DNA of 64,000 bases from Eledone cirrhosa (GCA_964016885.1 OZ024762.1:17918001-17982000); one strand, 5' to 3'; positions 40,787 to 54,616 are shown, counted from the first letter of the stretch. Notes: a model not told the origin generated them from the sequence alone. Numbers and translations are program-made.

Positions 40787-40797
<11 letters not shown>
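40434..40797. mobile_element. (TA)n-embedded fold-back insert carrying a tRNA-like head
   Basis: Inverted arms ~40473-40599 / 40672-40797, tail 40434-40472. Confidence 0.7.
40627..40698 (+). tRNA. tRNA-like cloverleaf (pseudo-tRNA / Pol III head)
   Basis: 72 nt; acceptor GATGTGT/GTACGTC, D arm GTGT/GCAC, TGGT/ACCA stem with loop CCGGATA, T arm GTGGG-TTCGACT-CCCAT; lacks U33, so probably not a functional tRNA. Confidence 0.6.
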
Positions 40798-40847
<50 letters not shown>

Positions 40848-40873
40848 GTATATATGTATATATATATATATAT

Positions 40874-41164
40874 CCAGAGAGTGTAACTTGGAATTACTCT
40901 AGGTTCTCCCGGGTGAGCACTCGATGTTTAGGTGTACTTCTGTGTCGAGGTGTAGAACTTGACAGAGTGTATTATAGTGAAATAAAATAAAACAAGGACG
41001 ATTGGTTTCTCCTTCATTACGTTTAATTGTTGGTGACGCGCGTTTCGCCACTGATCAGCTCAAGGTTCGATCTGTATCGATCTAGCCCGACTCTTTTGCA
41101 TTACCATTGTAAGGGGTTTGATAGTAATGGAGGAGTAACCAATGGTCGTTGTTTTATTTTACTA
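40874..41164 (-). mobile_element. Family G-like insert with a hammerhead 3' half
   Basis: Minus strand GAAA-CGCGCG-TC at 41035-41046; bulged hairpin at 40918-40969; diverged inverted arm. Confidence 0.55.
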
Positions 41165-41166
41165 TA

Positions 41167-41214
<48 letters not shown>

Positions 41215-41289
41215 AAGTAATTCCGTCGGAAAAGTCCAGGAAACAAAAGTGCTCTATGTAGGTAATATATATATATATGTGTGTGTATG

Positions 41290-41323
<34 letters not shown>

Positions 41324-41549
41324 TATATATATATATACATATATAGTATAAGTGAGGTGAGGTGTGGGTGGGGCGAGATGACTGTGACAGAATAAAGGCA
41401 TTTAAAAAGTCAAGCTATTACGCATACACACGCACATTACGTATACACACACACACACACATGTATGTATAATATATATATAGAGAGAGAGACAGGGAGA
41501 CAGAGTGAATGTGATGTGACGGAAAATGTATATATATATATATTATAGA

Positions 41550-41671
<122 letters not shown>

Positions 41672-42282
41672 AATGAGTGTGTGAGGGGGGAGAGAGAGAG
41701 AGTGTGTGTGTGTGTGACTTAGTGTGTATATATGTGTGTGTACATAAAGTAAAAAAGAAAGGAAACGAGCAAGAAAGCGAGTTGAACGAGGGGGTGGGTG
41801 GAGGGAAGGAAGAGAAATGGAAGAAAGGGAGAGGGATGGAGAGAGAAAGAGAGACTAGATATTACATATATAATAATTAAAGTGGGAGACATATGCAATA
41901 TATACATATATAGAGAGAGGGGGGGGATAGCGACAGACAGAACAGATTGATGCACAGAGAGGCAGATATGTTTCTTTATTAGCCACAGGGGTACAAAAGA
42001 AGGGGACAAATACAAAGGGGGAAGTTTACATACAATAAAAACGTGTAAAATATTATCACAAATGCAATTTAAAAAATTAGTCTATTTTCCCCAATAGGGG
42101 GAGACAGTTCATATGGGTAACACATACCCCCTAAAAGATGTGCAACCCTCATCTCCAGGAGTACGAAGAGTTTGTACTCCTTTCCTCTCCTCCTCCTTTT
42201 CCTCAACCTACAGGCTGATATAGAGAGAAGGCCCATTCACTCGGGCCATTCTCGCCACTTTCACCCACCTTTCATAAAACTT

Positions 42283-42328
<46 letters not shown>

Positions 42329-42680
42329 GAGAGAGAGGAGGGGAGGAAGAGAGAGCGAGGAAGAGAGAGCGAGGAAGAGAGAGCGAGGGAGAGAGAGAGG
42401 AAGAGAGAGCGAGGGAGAGAGAGAGAGAGAGGGGGAGACAGGGAGAGAGGGAGAGAGAGAGAGAGAGAGGGGGAGACAGGGAGAGAGGGAGAGAGAGAGA
42501 GAGAGGGGGAGACAGGGAGAGAGAGAGAGAGAGAGAGACAGAGAGAGAGACAGAGAGACAGAGAGACAGGTAGAGAGAGAGAGACAGAGAGATAGGTAGA
42601 TAGAGAGAGAGAGGGGGAGAGATAGGCAGATAGAGAGAGGGAGAGAGAAAGAGACAGATAAATAGATATATATATATATA

Positions 42681-42854
42681 ACGAAGGATTTGTGGTAAGG
42701 AACCAGATGGACCATAACGCACCAAAGTACTCAATACTTAGGGTAGTAGAGTGGGTAATAGGAACAAGTAGGACCCCGACGGCAGAGCTGAAGCCGTTTC
42801 GGCGGAAATAGCCGTCGAAACGGCTTGAGCTCTGCCGTCGGGGTCATACTTGTT

Positions 42855-42856
<2 letters not shown>
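42681..42856 (-). mobile_element. Family A fold-back insert
   Basis: Homolog of 27334-27532. Confidence 0.75.
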
Positions 42857-42885
<29 letters not shown>

Positions 42886-43992
42886 TGTATCTGACGATGG
42901 AATATATATTATGAGAAAAGACAGAACGAAAAGATAACTTTTGTATTACTTTGTATTGGTGTGTGTCTGATAGTGTGTGTGAGTGAGTGTGTGTGATAGT
43001 GTGTGTGAGTGTGTCTGTGTGTGAGTGTGTATGTATACGTTTTTGTGTGTGTATGTGTGATAGTGTGTGATGGTGTGTGTGTGATAGTGTGTGTTATTGT
43101 GTGTGTGTGTGTTAGTGTGTGTGATTGTGTGTGTGTGTATGTGTGATAGTGTGTGTGATAGTATGTGTGATAGTGTGTGTGTGATAGTGTGTGATTGTGT
43201 GTGTGATAGTGTGTGTGATAGTATGTGTGATAGTGTGTGTGATAGTATGTGTGATTGTGTGTGTGATAGTGTGTGTGTGTGTGAGTGTGTGTGTGTGTGT
43301 GTTTGAATGAGTGATAGTGTGCATGTGTCTGTGTGAGTGTGTGTGTGAGAGAGTGAGTTATAGTGTGTGTCTGTGTGAGTGTTTATGCGTGTGTGTAAGT
43401 ATGTGCGTGTGTTTAAGTCACTGCATTTGTGTCTTTTTGTGTGTGTGTGTTTATGTGTGTGTTAAAGTCACTCTATTGGTATCTTTGTGTGTGTGGGAGT
43501 GTGTTTATATGTGTTAGTGTATGTGTGTGTGAGTGTTTATATGTGTTAGTGTATATGTGTGTGAGTGTGTTTATATGTGTTAGTGTATGTGTGTTAAAGT
43601 CACTGTTATTCTGTGTGTGTGTGTGTATTTGTGATTTGTGTGTGTGTGTATGTATGTCTATGTGTGCGTGAGTGTGTGTATGTGTGTGTGTGAATATATG
43701 TGTGTGTGTGTGTGCATTTATGTCTATGTGTGCGTGAGTGTGTGTATGTGTGTGTCTGCATTAGTGTGGGAATGAATTAAGAGGGTGAAAAAAGAAGAAA
43801 TAGAAAATAGAAAGAGAAAAACAAGCTAGAAAGGAGAGAAGGGAAAAAAGACAGGAAAGAAAGAGAGGAATAAAGAGAGAGGGGGAGAAAGAGAGTGGGA
43901 GAAAGAGAGAGTGGGAGAAAGAGAGAGAGGGGGAGAAGGAAGCGAGAGCTAGATAGACATAGATGGAGAAATAGATATAGATAGAGGGAGGT

Positions 43993-44029
<37 letters not shown>

Positions 44030-44107
44030 CATAGATATATGAGTGTATATGTAGATATATGTATATATATCTATATGTACATATATGTATATATATATAT
44101 TTGTACA

Positions 44108-44151
<44 letters not shown>

Positions 44152-44193
44152 TATATGTATATATGTATGTATATTATACATATATGTACATAT

Positions 44194-44254
<61 letters not shown>

Positions 44255-44297
44255 TATCTATATATACACATATATATACACATATATATATACACAT

Positions 44298-44362
<65 letters not shown>

Positions 44363-44744
44363 CATATATATATATATATATATATATATAAGAGAGAGGG
44401 GGCTAAGCTATTACATTAGATGTGAATAATAAGTTTTAAGTGCTGGCCAGCCGTGATTTCACTGACTGCTGTAGTTACTTGACTGTATAGCCAGTATTTG
44501 ACGCGAATTTCTTCCTCTTCTCCTTCTTCTTCTTCTTCTTCTTCTTCCTTCTTATTCTTATTCTTTTTTTTCTTCTTTTTCTTCTTCTACTTCTTCTTCT
44601 TCCTCTCTTTCCTTCTTATTCTTATTCTTCTCGTCGTCTCCTTCTTCTACTTCTTCTTCTTCATCATCTTCAAAATTCAACTTCTATACTTGTCTTTCTT
44701 CTCTTTTTCTTGTCGTTCCTCTTCTTCTTACATGATTTACAAGG

Positions 44745-44908
44745 ATGGTTGGCAGCGCTAGTACCAGCAGCTTTCACGGGAATGTCCGGAACTTTCTTCT
44801 GTTCGGTTACATTACAATAACGTCTTTATTTCTACAATGGCACAGTGTGGCCGCCCTACAGAGGAATGGAATCAGATCCGGCAAACCTGGAGATGGACAA
44901 CTGGTCGG
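44745..44908 (+). CDS. Candidate first coding exon with signal-peptide-like N-terminus
   Basis: Non-repetitive sequence after a pyrimidine tract and AAG; MVGSASTSSFHGNVRNFLLFGYITITSLFLQWHSVAALQRNG...; GG|GTAAGC donor. Confidence 0.4.
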
Positions 44909-45329
44909 GTAAGCCCATTCTCACTATTATTATTTCTATTGTCATTACTTGCCATTCTGAGTTCAAATCCCGCCGGGGTCGATAAAATAAAGTACCAGTG
45001 ATGTACTGGATAATTGCTGGCCTTGTGCCAATAGTAGAAACCATTATTTTATCATTAGTATTGTCCCCCTATATGTAGGCCCTAGTGGCCAATAAAGAAA
45101 TCTTATTATTTATGGTCTGAGTTCAAATCCCGCCGAAGTTGACTTTGCTTTTCATACTTACGGGGGTCGATAAAATAAAGTACCAGTAATGCACTGGGTA
45201 ATTGCTGGCCTTGTGCCAAAAGTAGAAACAATTATGATTACTATTGGTTCAGATCTAACCGATGTTAGTTTTGCCTTTCATCAAGACCGGGCGTCGATGA
45301 AGTAAAGTACCGGTAATGCACTGGGGTCA

Positions 45330-46680
45330 AACATCAACACCACAAACAACACCACCAGCACTAACACCAACACCAACACCAACACCACCACTAACACCAA
45401 GACCACCACCAACACCACTACCAACACCACCACCAACACAACTACCAACACTACCGAAATCAACAACACCATCACCAACACCATCACCACCAACATCACC
45501 AACACCACCACCAACACAACACCAACACCACCACCACCAACACCACCACCTCCAACACCACCACTAACACTACCGAAATCAACAACACCATCACCAACAC
45601 CAACATCACCAACACCAACACCATCACCAACAACACTAAAACTAACACCATCACCAACACCAACACCACCAACACCAACACCACCACCAACACTACTACC
45701 AACACCAACACCAACATGAACCCCACCACCACCAACACCAACACAAACACCACCCTCAAAACCACCAACACCAACACCACCAACACAAACACCACCACCA
45801 ACAACACCAACACCACTACCAACACCAACAACACCACTTCCAACACCATCAACACCACTACCAACACCACCACCAATACCACCAACGCCAACACCACCAC
45901 CAACAACATCACCACCAACATCATCAACAACACCATTACCAACACCAACACCACCAACATCACCACCACCAACATCAACAACACCACTACCAACATCACC
46001 AAGACCACCAAGACCAACACCAACTACACCAACAACAACACCACCAACAAAACCAGCACCAACACCACCAACACCACCAACACCAACACCACCAACAACA
46101 CCAACACCAACACCACCAACACCAACACAACCAACAACACCACCAACACCAACACCACCAACAACACCAACACCACTAACACCTCCAACACCACCTACAA
46201 CACCACCACCAACAACACCAACACCAACACCACCAACAACACCACCAACACTACGACCAACACCAACACTAACACCACCACCAACAACACCAACAACACC
46301 AACGCCACTACCAACACCAACACCACTACCAACACAAACACTAACACCACCAACAACACCACCAACAACACAAACACCACCAACACCAACAACAACACCA
46401 CCAACACCAACAACACCACCACCAACACCACTACCAACACCAACACCACCAACAACACCAACACCAACACCACCAACACCAACACCACCACCAACACCAC
46501 CAACAACACCAACAACAACACCACCAACACCACCTCCAACACCAACACCAACACCATCCCCACCAACACAAACATCAATATCAACACCAACACTTTGCAT
46601 ATCTTCATCATCAACATCAACATCAACATCAACATCAACATCATCATCATCATCAGCATCAACATCATCATCCTCACCAA
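45330..46680. repeat. (CAC/CAA/CAT)n compound microsatellite
   Basis: Direct reading. Confidence 0.9.
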
Positions 46681-46929
46681 CGGAGATCACACCTTATCAT
46701 ATATCGACCCAGGGAGGGATAACTGTTAGATCTGGTTCCATACACATCTCGGTTAATATTTATTCTTGGTTTCACTTTCCGCTGATTCCAGTCATTAGAC
46801 TGCGGTCATGCTGGGGCAACACCTTCATTCAGTTGATCATATCACCCCACACACCCCACCCACCCCCCATCCCCAGTATTCATTTGTTTTAAAATTTTGT
46901 TTTAATCTGGTACTACCTAAATCGACCGC

Positions 46930-47325
46930 AAAAGGTGAGACTACATGACAATCTTCCCGTGTTCCGCAGGGGTAATCTCCTAATCTGGGATGCCACATGC
47001 TGTGACACCTACTCATGTGACGAACTGGTGCGTTCGGCTACCAGCCCAGGCTCTGCTGCCAGCCAAACTGAAGAGGTCAGTATGCCCAAGAGGTCAATAT
47101 GCCCCAAGTGTTGGCCTCTCTGGTTTTCTGATAGCTTTGTGGTAGAAAAGCCGCCTGTAGCAGTGGAAACTTCCGGCGTACTTGGGCCCCGAACCACATC
47201 CTCCTTACTCACTGCTATTGGAGCGGAGTTGCCCTCTCGCAAGTGCGAGGTGGTGTAGCTGGACGGCTTTCTAGAGTGTCTCACTGCGCCGCCCTTGGGA
47301 ACAATGTACTATCCATCCTGTCGGT
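46930..47325 (+). pseudogene. CRE-like restriction-like endonuclease fragment
   Basis: LLIWDATCCDT and PVAVETSGVLGP motifs; homolog of 52650-53060. Confidence 0.7.
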
Positions 47326-48094
47326 CGGAGGGTAAGTTAGTTGGAGGTGGAAGATGCTCGATCAGATGTCACTTTCTCTCTATAGCAATATACAAATTGA
47401 CCACAAAAACAGTCTTTGATTTCAAATACTTATAACATGAGAACTTAAATGAATATTCTTACAAAATTAGTGGCTACAGATGTATAAACTACCAAAATGT
47501 CATGTGATATTGGTTGATATCATAGACACTGGATGTGTGCCCCTTTTGTTGCTCGACAAACAGCAATGTGATAATCAAGCTGAGTGTTTCTGTGATCACT
47601 CTGTATATATCTACAGGATTTCATTTTAAAAACATTCGATTTAAATCAAATTTCAAAGCAATAATTCCGGAACATTTTACAACACCAACACTTTATCGGT
47701 CTCTATATCGATCATTGTATTTCTGAAGCGAATGTTAAGGGAGCAGCTGTAACTCGGTGTACTTTTTTCTTCTTTTGTAGTTGTTTTTTTTTTGTTTTTT
47801 TTTTGTTAGCATATATTTACACTTTTCGATGATATAAGCGGATATATGCTTTGGTTCGTTTATTTTACTGGTTTCAGTCATTAAACTACGGTCATGCTGG
47901 AGCACTACTTTGGAGGGATTTAATAGATCATATCAACCCCAACACTTTAGTTTCTTTAAGTCTTGTACTTACTTTCTCTCTCTCTCTCTCTCTCTAAGCG
48001 CTAATGTTAGGAAATACTAAGAAACAGTGAATATAAACACACACACACATTCATATATAAACACACACACAATATATATATATATATATATATA

Positions 48095-48269
48095 GTCACT
48101 TTATTATGGCTAAATAGTGAGCCTTGTTACTCAGGAGTTTCGCCTGTTTATCACAGGGTGATCATGCGAAACTCCTGGTTAACGAGACTCACTATTTCGC
48201 CATAATAAAACAAATATTAAAACTCTACTTCGATTTTCAATACTCTTTTCTCTCAGCTGTCAACCACAT

Positions 48270-48273
<4 letters not shown>
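48095..48273. mobile_element. (TA)n-embedded fold-back insert with hammerhead 3' halves
   Basis: Inverted arms; minus arm reads GAAA-CTCCTGAG-TA. Confidence 0.5.
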
Positions 48274-48327
<54 letters not shown>

Positions 48328-48456
48328 CGTTTCTGAATTTGTTTAGCAAGATATTTTATTTGAAAACGTGTGTTGAAACCGATATTGTTATACTTTGGGA
48401 GGGTGCGTGTGTTTCTTATTGGCAACGTGACCCTCCCAAAGTATAACAATATATAT

Positions 48457-48530
<74 letters not shown>

Positions 48531-48981
48531 ATAAAGACAGGGGGGAAGAAAAAATGGCTTCACTTGTGCTTTCAACAAATTTATTTTCTTCACAAAATCC
48601 AAAAAGAATTTTTCTTAAAAAAAATTATTTTATAAATATATATATCTGTGTGTGTGTGTTATGTATGTTTCGGATGTTGGTTTCTCATTAGAAGACGAGA
48701 GAGAGCAAGAAAGAGAGAGAGAGAGAGAGAGAGGTTTAGAGCGAGAGGGGGGGGGGGTAGAAACATAGATGAAAAACTTTCACTCAATTTCTGTCTACCG
48801 AATTTCAAACACAAGGCGATGATCAACATTGTCCCAAGGAGCCAGCACTTGAACTGGACCTGAATGCACGTGGTTGTGAAGCGAACGCCCTAACCCCACA
48901 ACCATTCCTGCACCTACGTGTATATTATTTATTTTTTGTTTGTTTGTTTGTTTTTGTTTTTGTTTTTTCATAATATTTCAG

Positions 48982-49167
48982 AATCGTGAAAACACGAGCC
49001 TTGAATGGGAGTATCAGTACGAAATCTTTGATATGACGACATTTCACTCGGATTGTTATATAAATCATACATGTTGCGGGTCTTCCGTCTGTTTCGGCGA
49101 TGGGTGTTCTACCGGATGTAATGTCCGGAACAGCCGGCTGCCAGCGTGTGGGCTTCTCCTTTGCTAA
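48982..49167 (+). CDS. Candidate terminal exon, Cys-rich peptide
   Basis: T-rich tract and TTTCAG acceptor, then open frame NRENTSLEWEYQYEIFDMTTFHSDCYINHTCCGSSVCFGDGCSTGCNVRNSRLPACGLLLC*. Confidence 0.3.
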   Translation, partial: NRENTSLEWEYQYEIFDMTTFHSDCYINHTCCGSSVCFGDGCSTGCNVRNSRLPACGLLLC

Positions 49168-49171
49168 TTAA

Positions 49172-50303
49172 TAATTGTTTCTACGTTTGGCACAAGGCCA
49201 GCAATTATCCCAGTGCATTACTGGTACTTTATTTTATCGACCCCGTAAGGATGAAAGGCAAAGTTAACCTCGGCGGGATTTGAACTCAGATCATACAGGG
49301 AGGTAACGCTATGCTTCAAAGCATGGCGTCTGACCCTCTACCTATACTGCCAATCCACCGCCCTTTGCTAATAATTGTTTCTACTTTAGGCACAAGGCCA
49401 GTTGCTAATAATAGTTAGAGATTAGGAGAGGGAGAGAGATGGAGAGAGTGGAGAACAACAACAACAACACAGATGATAAGACTTGACACACTATAGTATA
49501 GCCTTTCTCTATATCTCTTCTCGTTCGTAGCTCATCTTCATCGATCTTGGCCACATTTATTACTTACCCTAATCAATCACACAATAGTTTCTTATATAGG
49601 CACAAGGCCAGCAATTTTGGCAGAGAGGAGAGTCGATTAAATCGACCCCAGAGTGTGACTGGTACTTTATTTTATCGACCCCGTAAGGATGAAAGGCAAA
49701 GTTAACCTCGGCAGGATTTGAACTCAGACCGTAAAGGGCCGTAACTCTGTGCTGCAAGGCATGGTGTCCGACTCATTACCGATACTGTCAATCCCCCTCC
49801 ATACCCTAATCAAGCATAATAATATACCACGTGTGTTACTATATTTATATATACAAGTCTGTTCGCTTTTTACGCGAATTCGCTTTAAGACCTCTTGAAA
49901 AAATATTAAATATTCACGAATAATGCGAATAACGTGCTATAACGCGAGTAGTTTTTAATTTTCTATTTATGGGAAATTAAGGGCAGTATATTAGCAGTAA
50001 TTGGTAGAGGGTCGGACGCCATGCTTTACAGCATAGAGTTACGGCCGTTTATCATCTGAGTTCAAATCTCGCCGAGGTTAACTTTTCCTTTCATCCTTAT
50101 GGGATTGATAAAATAAAGTACCAGTCACGCACTGGGGTCGATTTAATCGACTTTCCCCCCTTCCTCCCAAATTGCTGGCCTTGTGCCTATAGTAGAAATC
50201 ATTATCATTACTGGTGGATTGGCAGAATCGGTAGAGCGTCCGACAACATGCTTTGTAACATAGAGTCTTGGCCTTTTACGTTCTGTGTTCAAATCCCGCC
50301 GAA
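49172..50303. mobile_element. SINE S1 cluster
   Basis: Minus copies 49172-49362 and 49585-49795; plus copies 49980-50205 and 50213-50303. Confidence 0.8.
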
Positions 50304-50339
50304 AGGTATTTTTGGTTTGTTGTGGTTTGTAAGTTGTAA

Positions 50340-50930
50340 TATCACCTCCAACACCACCACCAACACCACCATCAACACCACCACCAACACCACCATCAAC
50401 ACCACCTCCAACACCACCTCCAACACCACCACCAACACCAACAACAACACCACTACCAACAACAACACCACCAACACCACCACCAACACCAACAACACCA
50501 CTACCAACACCACCAACACCAACACCAACACCATCACCAATACCAACACCAATACCAACACCACCAACACCACCTCCAACACCACCTCCAACACCACCAC
50601 CAACACCAACAACAACACCACTACCAACAACAACACCACCAACACCAACACCACCACCAACACCAACAACACCACTACCAACACCACCAACACCAACACC
50701 AACACCATCACCAATACCAACACCACCAACACCACCTCCAACACCAACACTACCACCAACACCACCATCACCATCAACACCATTGTCGCCGCCATATGAA
50801 CACACCCATAACTATTACATTTATCAACACCATCACCATCACCACCAACACCACCACCATCACCACCACCAACAACAACACCACCACCAACAACAACACC
50901 AACAACAACAACAACAACAACAACCACCAT
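50340..50930. repeat. (CAC/CAA)n compound microsatellite
   Basis: Direct reading. Confidence 0.9.
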
Positions 50931-51556
50931 CTGTACTGTTGTTAGTGCTGCTGTTCAGGGAGTGCTTTCGTGTTCCCAAATGTTTTACGAATGTCACTCA
51001 CTGACAACACTACCTCCAACAGCGACATCACACCACCACCACCACCACCACCACCTGTGACATCACACCCTCAGCATCCCACCACCACCACCTGTGACAT
51101 CACACCCTCAGCATCCCACCACCACCACCACCACCACCACCACCACCAACAGTGACATAACACCCTCAAAAATTCCCACCCAATCACAATTACCGCCGCT
51201 ACCACCACCACCACCATCAACAGTGCCATCACACCCTTAAAATTCCCACCCAACCGCCACCACAGCAACAGTGTCATCACATCCACAAAATCCCCACCCA
51301 ACCACCACCACCACCACCACACCACAACCCCAACAGTGCCATCACCACACCCAAAGACACCATCCCCATCACCACCTCCACAAGCAACTCTTCTAGGAGT
51401 CTGTACGTTTGTTTTTTTCGATCTGCTAGAAAAAGCAGCCAAATCTGGAAATCTCAGAATGAAGATACATAAAAGTATGTATTCCTAGATACACTGTGCC
51501 TGGGGAAAAGATGGAGGAGGGGTTACTCAAAAGTCTCCTTAGCTAGCAAGATTGAG

Positions 51557-51985
51557 TTGTACCAGTAATTCAAGGAGCCAGTTTTGTCACACATTATGTC
51601 ACACGGAATCTCCCTGAGAACAACGTTAAGGGTGCATGTGTCCGAGAATACTCAGCCATTTAATCTATAATATAAGGACTGTACCTGTAATTCAAAGAGC
51701 CAGATTTATCATACACTGCGTCATGCTGAATCTCCCTGAGAACTACGTTAAGGGAGCACGTGTCTGTAGAATGCTTGGCCACTGACACGTTAATTTCACA
51801 AGCAGGCTGTTCTGTTGATTGTATCAACTGGATCACTTGTCATCGGAAACGACAGAGGTCCAACAACCACTTACACTGTTTTGTCACACACTGTACTATG
51901 CTGAATCTCCCTGAGACCTACAAGCAAGCTGTTCCGTTGTTTGAATCAAGCATATCTCATATCGTCGACAGACGACGGAGATCCC
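51557..51985 (+). mobile_element. Tandem SINE S2 3' fragments
   Basis: Three GAATCTCCCTGAGA units matching 7440-7600. Confidence 0.65.
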
Positions 51986-52059
51986 AAAACAACACTACGA
52001 ACACCACAATGTAGATAAAGCTAAGGCTGTCTAAATAATGTTATTATCAATCGACAGTG

Positions 52060-52240
52060 AGCGGTGGATTGGCAGAGGGTCAGACACCATGCTTTCCAGC
52101 ATAGTTACGTCCCTTTACGATCTGAATTCAAATCCCGCCGAGGTTGACTTTGCCTTTCATCCTTACGGGGTCGATAAAATAAAGTACCAGTAATGCACTG
52201 GGTAATTGCTGGCCTTGTGCCTAAAGTAGGAACAGTTATT
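52060..52240 (+). mobile_element. SINE S1 with flanking direct repeat
   Basis: Head, core and tail; TTATTATCAATCGACAGT present on both sides. Confidence 0.75.
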
Positions 52241-52619
52241 ATCAATCGACAGTTTGCGTAGAGGGATTAGTGATTGGTGCGACACCTCCACTGGTCTCGA
52301 AAATACGTCGGTTGTACAAGACAAACAGCAAGATCAGGTCTGTAAAACAGCTGATATTAAGACACATACGTTCAACAGAAACGTTTTAAGCTCAGCGATT
52401 AACATATGGAACAAACCCACAGAAGCTGCAATTGGAATCACATCAGCTGACTTAGTACAAACTTTCAGATGTTGGGTGTGTACAAATAAACCTCAACCCG
52501 CCCCACCCCCCACCCATTTCCGCTGTTCTGTCACTTTAAACCTAGTGAAACCAGATGAATCGGTGGTTTGCGCGTTCAAGACTAGGCAATGTTGCGGCTC
52601 AAATGTACAATTTGTTCAG

Positions 52620-53078
52620 GGACCGGACGATTGCATATGGCTTGGATGCTGCAGGCAGGCTTGCCATTCCCAACTCGAGCCGGCGGGACTGGACCGAGGG
52701 GGGCGGCAAAAGGCCAGACTGCATAACCATCTTCCCGTTCCACGGTGATAAGCCCCTCATCTGGGATGCCATATGCAGTGACACATTCTCCAGCGGCAAC
52801 CTGGTGCAGTCTGCGACTAATCCAGACTCTGCTACACTTCAGGCCGAGGAAGGTAAACTCTTCAAATATCGATCGCTCTCCTACAATTTTGTGTTCGAGC
52901 CCGTGGCAGTTAAGACTTCTGGTGTCCTTGACCCTAGGACCACCATCTACACGGCGTTGGCTACCCAACGGGTGTGAGCCTCGCGAGCAGGAATGCCTCC
53001 TCCAACACGTCTCCCCTCACCATCCTCCGGGGAAATACCTTCTCTACTCTGAGCTTGGGTCCCTCGTTTGCTTATAAT

Positions 53079-53125
<47 letters not shown>

Positions 53126-53265
53126 GAGAGAGGGGGGGGGCAGTGAAAGAGAGAAAACATCAACCCACACACGTACTTCTTAAGACAACGATAGATGCCT
53201 ATCTAGTGTTCTATATTGGTAGCATTTTCGTGGTATGAAACGAGATCATGAAGGAATTCTTTTGT
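52620..53265 (+). mobile_element. 3' end of a CRE-like non-LTR retrotransposon (RLE domain plus 3' UTR)
   Basis: EPAGLDRG / GKRPDCITIFPF..LIWDAICSDT..AEEGKLFKY..FEPVAVKTSG, a PD-(D/E)xK restriction-like endonuclease pattern; frameshifted. Confidence 0.75.
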
Positions 53266-53555
53266 TTCCCTCCGAGGAAACGCCTTCTCTATTCTATCCG
53301 CCGGGGTCACGGGGTGGCCAGCGCGTGGGCTCTCATTTGCATATAATAGTGAGTGATGGGGAGAGCGAGAGAGACGGGGGCAGTGAGTGAAAGAGAGAGA
53401 GAACATCAACCCCAAAACGCACTTGATAAGACAACGATAGATGTTATTCTAAAGTGGAGATTCTGTACAATTCTAACATTAAGAACAATCATCTAGATGG
53501 CTGAACATAGTAAAAGAGTAAAATAATAACTGAAGAAGTTAATTCGGAAGCTAAT

Positions 53556-53807
53556 GTGAAGGCGCGTGGCCTAGTGGAAAGTGTGTTGGACTTACGATCG
53601 TAATGTCACGGGTTCGATTCCTGTTGTGTTCTTGAGCAAAACACTTCATTTCACGTTGCACCAGTATACTCAGTTGAAAATGAGTGCCAGCATTAGCTGG
53701 GGGTTTAACCCTGCGATGGACTGGCGTCTTGTACTCACAGTCGTTTCACGCCACGAAACCGGGATAAACACCGGCCTAACGAGCTTTCTCGAGTCAGATA
53801 CACTTTA
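53556..53807 (+). mobile_element. SINE S2-related copy
   Basis: GTGAAGGCGCGTGGCCTAGTGG, GGTTCGATTCC, TTCTTGAGCAAAACACTT; homolog at 55127-55385. Confidence 0.7.
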
Positions 53808-53880
53808 GACTTAGAATTTGGAACAGGATATTTTCTAGAAGTCTTATACTGTCATTATTTGTTCAAATTATTTGTACAAG

Positions 53881-54184
53881 GGCGGTGAATTGGCAGTATC
53901 GGTAGAGGGTTGAACGCCATGCGTTGACGCATAGAGTTACTGCCCTTGCCATTCTGAGTTCAAATCCCGCCGAGGTTAACTTTGCCTTTCACTCTTACGG
54001 GGTCGATAAAATAAAGTACCAGTAATGCACCGGGAAATTGCTGGCCTTGTGCCAAAAGTAGAAACAATTATTTGTTCAAATCCTGCCGAGGGCAATTTTG
54101 CCTTTCATCCTTGCGGGGTCGATAAAATAAAGTACCAGTAATGTACTGGGTAATTGCTGGCCTTGTGCCAAAAGTAGAAACAAT

Positions 54185-54185
<1 letters not shown>
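53881..54185 (+). mobile_element. SINE S1 plus duplicated 3' half
   Basis: Full copy followed by a B-box-to-tail repeat. Confidence 0.8.
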
Positions 54186-54227
<42 letters not shown>

Positions 54228-54255
54228 TATATATATATATAATTATATATATAAG

Positions 54256-54288
<33 letters not shown>

Positions 54289-54534
54289 CATATATATATA
54301 TATATATTAAAATATAAGTATTAATATTAATAACTCCTGAAAATTATTTTTCGTTGAGTGCTTCCAATCTACTGTAAAACTCATTCTTTGACATAATCAT
54401 CGAATATTGTTTAACAACTTAATACTTATATATATATATATATATATATATAATTATTATATATATATAATTATTTTATATATATATATATATATATATA
54501 ATAATTATATATATATAATAATTATTATATATAT

Positions 54535-54566
<32 letters not shown>

Positions 54567-54567
54567 A

Positions 54568-54616
<49 letters not shown>

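Noticed and set aside
45281-46729. Gly/Val- and Thr/Asn-rich ORFs (also 30808-31615 and 50143-50930)
   Set aside because: Trinucleotide compound microsatellites open in several frames on both strands
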